A program made the translations under genes and the position numbers. Of a DNA stretch of 64,000 nucleotides, positions 61,106 through 64,000 are shown one piece after another. How positions within the stretch are numbered: the first letter of the stretch is position 1; each line of letters starts with the position of its first letter. The notes beneath the pieces were generated by a model. That model saw only the letters and a list, made by a program, of their open reading frames with translations, was not told where the DNA came from and ran no database searches. The stretch is taken from contig CAWIPH010000002.1 in NCBI GenBank assembly GCA_963837955.1, positions 32,001 through 96,000 of the forward strand, given 5' to 3'. The stretch is from an uncultured Verrucomicrobiae bacterium (GTDB taxonomy: Bacteria; Verrucomicrobiota; Verrucomicrobiia; Chthoniobacterales; JAFAMB01).

Positions 61106-61474
61106 GAGAAGAAAAAACTCACGCAAAGACGCACCAGAGAAGAAAAACCTACGCAAAGACGCAAAGGGGAGGAAGGTAAAGGCTAGGCGGTGGTTCGCAG
61201 ATCATGGGTAGGGCGAAAGCCTGATTCCGTCTAAGCGGGATCGGCTTGAGCCGTTTGTGTTTTACCCAAAGGCCCTTATATCAACGTTCCTTTTCCGCGA
61301 AGGTTTCCGTCTCTCCAATCACTCTTGGACGGCCGCCACGCTGTGCGCTCTCGCGCCAAACTTGTCTTTCTTTGCGTCTTGGCGTCTTTGCGTGAGCTTT
61401 TCTAAGTCCGTTCTCCTTTGCGCCTTGGCGTCTTTGCGTGAGATCTTTCTTCTTCTTATGCGTCTTTGCGTGAG
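61086..61474. repeat. Intergenic repeat cluster with inverted (CGCAAAGA)n arrays and the second 48-nt hairpin (61207-61254)
   Basis: TCACGCAAAGAC arrays at 61088-61166 and complementary GCGTCTTTGCGTGAG arrays at 61370-61474. Confidence 0.85.
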
Positions 61475-61537
61475 ACCTTTTTGAATTTGGTTGCGCATCC
61501 GCTGTGTTGTGTTCCTTTGCGTCCTTTCCGTGAGGCC

Positions 61538-62398
61538 ATGAAACTGCAGAATCTTGTTACGATTGTCACCGGAGCGAGTCAGGGCCTTGGGCGTGCCATT
61601 GCCGAAGAATTTGTTAAAGAGGGTGCGCATGTCGCGATTTGTGCGCGAGACCGCAATCTGCTTGAAACCGTGCGTCGCGAGTTGAAAGAACGGGCGAGTC
61701 CCGACCAGCACATTTTGGCGCACGCCGGAGATGTCTCTTCGCGAGACGAGATGAAAGATTTGTTCCGCCGGACCGAACAGGAAATCGGCCTCGTTGACGT
61801 GCTCGTTAATAACGCGGGAATTTACGGACCCAAAGGTCCTAGTGAATCGGTCGACTTGGATGAGTGGAGCCGCGCGGTCGAAATCAATTTGCTTGGAACC
61901 TTTATTCCGATCCGTTGCGCTATCACTCAGATGAAAAAGAAGGGTGGAGGCAAAATCATTAATCTGTCGGGCGGCGGCGCGACGAATCCGTTACCCCGGC
62001 TGAGCTCCTACGCCGCCGCGAAGGCAGCAGTTGTGCGTTTAACCGAGACCTTGGCAGAGGAGCTTCGGGACTTTTCCATCGCGGTAAACGCGATTGCACC
62101 GGGAGCGCTCAATACTCGATTGTTGGATGAAGTGCTTCAGGCTGGACCAGAAGTTGTCGGAACCGGATTCTACGAAAAGGCGCTCAAACAGCGCGAAACG
62201 GGGGGTGCACCCCTGGAGAAAGGTGTCGCACTTTGCGTTTATCTGGCGTCCTCCGCCAGCGATGGAATCACCGGCAAACTAATCAGCGCCCTCTGGGATC
62301 CGTGGGAGAAGCTGGGTGATTTTCGGACCGAATTAGAAGCTAGCGATATTTATACTTTGCGCCGGATCGTTCCGGAAGATAGAGGGAAGAAATTTTAA
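61538..62398 (+). CDS. Short-chain dehydrogenase/reductase
   Basis: TGASQGLG, NNAG, NLSGGGAT, YAAAK, IAPG. Confidence 0.92.
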   Translation: MKLQNLVTIVTGASQGLGRAIAEEFVKEGAHVAICARDRNLLETVRRELKERASPDQHILAHAGDVSSRDEMKDLFRRTEQEIGLVDVLVNNAGIYGPKGPSESVDLDEWSRAVEINLLGTFIPIRCAITQMKKKGGGKIINLSGGGATNPLPRLSSYAAAKAAVVRLTETLAEELRDFSIAVNAIAPGALNTRLLDEVLQAGPEVVGTGFYEKALKQRETGGAPLEKGVALCVYLASSASDGITGKLISALWDPWEKLGDFRTELEASDIYTLRRIVPEDRGKKF

Positions 62399-62597
62399 GA
62401 AAGGGAAACGCCGTCATCAAAACGCGGGAGCGCCGACAACGCCGTCATCGCCGGGAACGGTATAAAGCAAGCAGGGACGCATGGGCTCATTACATCGGGC
62501 ATTATAGAACTGAAGAGTCGAATCACCGATCATCACGAAACTAGCTGCGGCGTGCGGCGTTTTTCGTTCTCGGCGATGACGGCGATCTCGGCGTTTT

Positions 62598-63020
62598 CTA
62601 GCTTCTAACTTCCAACCCGGTCCCAGTGTGACGGTGCCGCATCCTAAAGACAAACATCTGCATGAGAATAAAACCGCTCAACGTTGCGCAGGGGATCGCG
62701 CAAAGCTTGGCAATTAAAATATTTGAGGTAAAGGTCGAGAGGCAGATCTGCACAACCGCAAGTGTGATCAACCAGCTGCTCCCGACGACCACGGAATATT
62801 GCAGAAGTTGCCGCACGTAATCGCTACGTTGGCATCGGAAAACCCAAAACTTATTGAGCAAGAAATGGCAGATAACCCCGATGAAATAGGCCAGCGTAAC
62901 AGCGACGAGTGGCGGCAAAAACCGGCTCAGAAGGAAGACCGTAGAAAAGTCCACCAGCGCTACTGTGCTGCCTACGGTGCAGAAACGAATAAACCGGGAA
63001 ATTTTCTCGGAGTTAATCAC
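62598..63020 (-). CDS. GtrA-family lipid-linked sugar flippase
   Basis: RFIRFCTVG, HFLLNKFWVFR, LIAK, FVFR; four TM helices; GTG start inferred. Confidence 0.87.
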   Translation of the reverse strand: MINSEKISRFIRFCTVGSTVALVDFSTVFLLSRFLPPLVAVTLAYFIGVICHFLLNKFWVFRCQRSDYVRQLLQYSVVVGSSWLITLAVVQICLSTFTSNILIAKLCAIPCATLSGFILMQMFVFRMRHRHTGTGLEVRS

Positions 63021-63035
63021 AAGTAGAATTTGCGA

Positions 63036-64000
63036 ATGCTGTACCAGCAACAAACCGGGTTTGCAATCGTTGGTTGCGGATTAATTGGGCGTCGCCGGGC
63101 GACCACTTTGCCGGCAGGTTCCCTCAAGCAGGTGTTCGATATTCAGCGGGATCGCGCGCTAGAGGTCGCGCGGCTTCATCCCAACTGCGTTCCGGTGACG
63201 AACTTGGACGACTTGTTACACAACGAGTCGGTACACGCTGTCATCGTTTCTACGGCTAACCATGCGCTTGCCCCTATCACTCTTGCTGCTGTACGTGCGG
63301 GGAAACATGTGCTGGTGGAAAAACCGGGTGGGATTGCCTCGGCGCAACTGGCAGAGATTGAATCCGCCGCTGCAACTACCGGCTCCCTGGTACGGATTGG
63401 CTATAATCATCGATTTCATCCTGCGTTTTTGAAAATCCGGGAATTGATGCGAACGGAAACGCTGGGTGAGATCATGTTTTTACGAGCGCGCTATGGCCAT
63501 GGCGGCCGGGTCGGCTACGAACGGGAGTGGCGGGCTGATCCGAAGCTCAGCGGTGGCGGAGAGTTAATCGATCAAGGCGTGCATTTGGTTGATCTGGCCG
63601 AAATGTTTCTGGGCCAATTCACGCAAGTCGAAGGCCATGCCGTTACTGCGTTTTGGAATATGCCAGTTGATGACAACGCATTCTTGAGCCTCCGGACCGC
63701 AGAGGGAAAAACAGCTTGGTTACATGTCAGTTGCACGGAATGGAAAAATCTATTCTCATTCGAAATTTATTTCCGACACGCCAAACTCCAAGTGGATGGC
63801 CTTGGTGGCAGCTACGGCGTCGAACGATTAACATATTACCGGATGCTCCCCGAGATGGGTCCTCCCGAGACCGTTATTTATGAGTTTCCGCGAGGCGACG
63901 AATCGTGGGCATTTGAATTGAACGAGTTCTTGGAAGATATCAGGTTGCGACGTCCTCCTTCTCCTGGTCTGGCCGAAGGAAAAAGAACATTGGAAATTGT
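63036..64000 (+). CDS. Gfo/Idh/MocA-family oxidoreductase (3' end outside the window)
   Basis: Not in the ORF track; manual translation gives FAIVGCGLIGRRR, AGKHVLVEKP, GYNHRFHP, YGHGGR, GGGELIDQGVHLVD. Confidence 0.92.
   Translation, partial: MLYQQQTGFAIVGCGLIGRRRATTLPAGSLKQVFDIQRDRALEVARLHPNCVPVTNLDDLLHNESVHAVIVSTANHALAPITLAAVRAGKHVLVEKPGGIASAQLAEIESAAATTGSLVRIGYNHRFHPAFLKIRELMRTETLGEIMFLRARYGHGGRVGYEREWRADPKLSGGGELIDQGVHLVDLAEMFLGQFTQVEGHAVTAFWNMPVDDNAFLSLRTAEGKTAWLHVSCTEWKNLFSFEIYFRHAKLQVDGLGGSYGVERLTYYRMLPEMGPPETVIYEFPRGDESWAFELNEFLEDIRLRRPPSPGLAEGKRTLEI

Noticed and set aside
19094..64000. Lincosamide or other antibiotic biosynthetic gene cluster
   Set aside because: No NRPS/PKS, amino-acid precursor or resistance genes; Wzm/Wzt and GtrA/GtrB point to envelope glycans.
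1..64000. Prophage, IS, integron or defence system
   Set aside because: No integrase, transposase, phage structural, tRNA-anchored att or nuclease genes were recognised.

Overview
Bacterial genomic window. The style of the intergenic repeats and gene families suggests a soil Verrucomicrobiota-like organism, but this is a weak inference. Positions 1-2.3 kb hold a minus-strand operon: a 33-codon leader ORF, an NRAMP-related (probably Mg2+) transporter, a 78-aa membrane protein and an OmpR-family response regulator cut by the window edge. The remaining ~61 kb is one large, mixed-orientation cell-surface glycan locus that runs off the right edge. It carries nucleotide-sugar enzymes (RmlA, two extended-SDR epimerases, a DegT aminotransferase, an AsnB-type amidotransferase), a Wzm/Wzt exporter, a second ABC pair, about 16 SAM-dependent methyltransferase or methyltransferase-like genes (7 FkbM-type), 4 sulfotransferases, GT2/GT4 enzymes, an unnamed GT-B-like paralogue family, five GT-C-like membrane proteins and a GtrA flippase. 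The most notable set is a transaldolase, a UDP-glucose-dehydrogenase homologue lacking the catalytic Cys, an SDR, a Gfo/Idh/MocA oxidoreductase and an epimerase; this matches the family content of the lincosamide GDP-octose pathway, here in a surface-glycan context. Intergenic DNA is rich in REP-like palindromes and 7-9-bp tandem repeats, including a near-identical 125-bp inverted copy 56 kb apart and a 48-nt hairpin with compensatory changes. Six genes carry single-base frameshifts (assembly error or decay), and there are three gene remnants. No rRNA, tRNA, CRISPR, integrase or transposase was seen. All calls come from reading motifs by eye; no searches were run.
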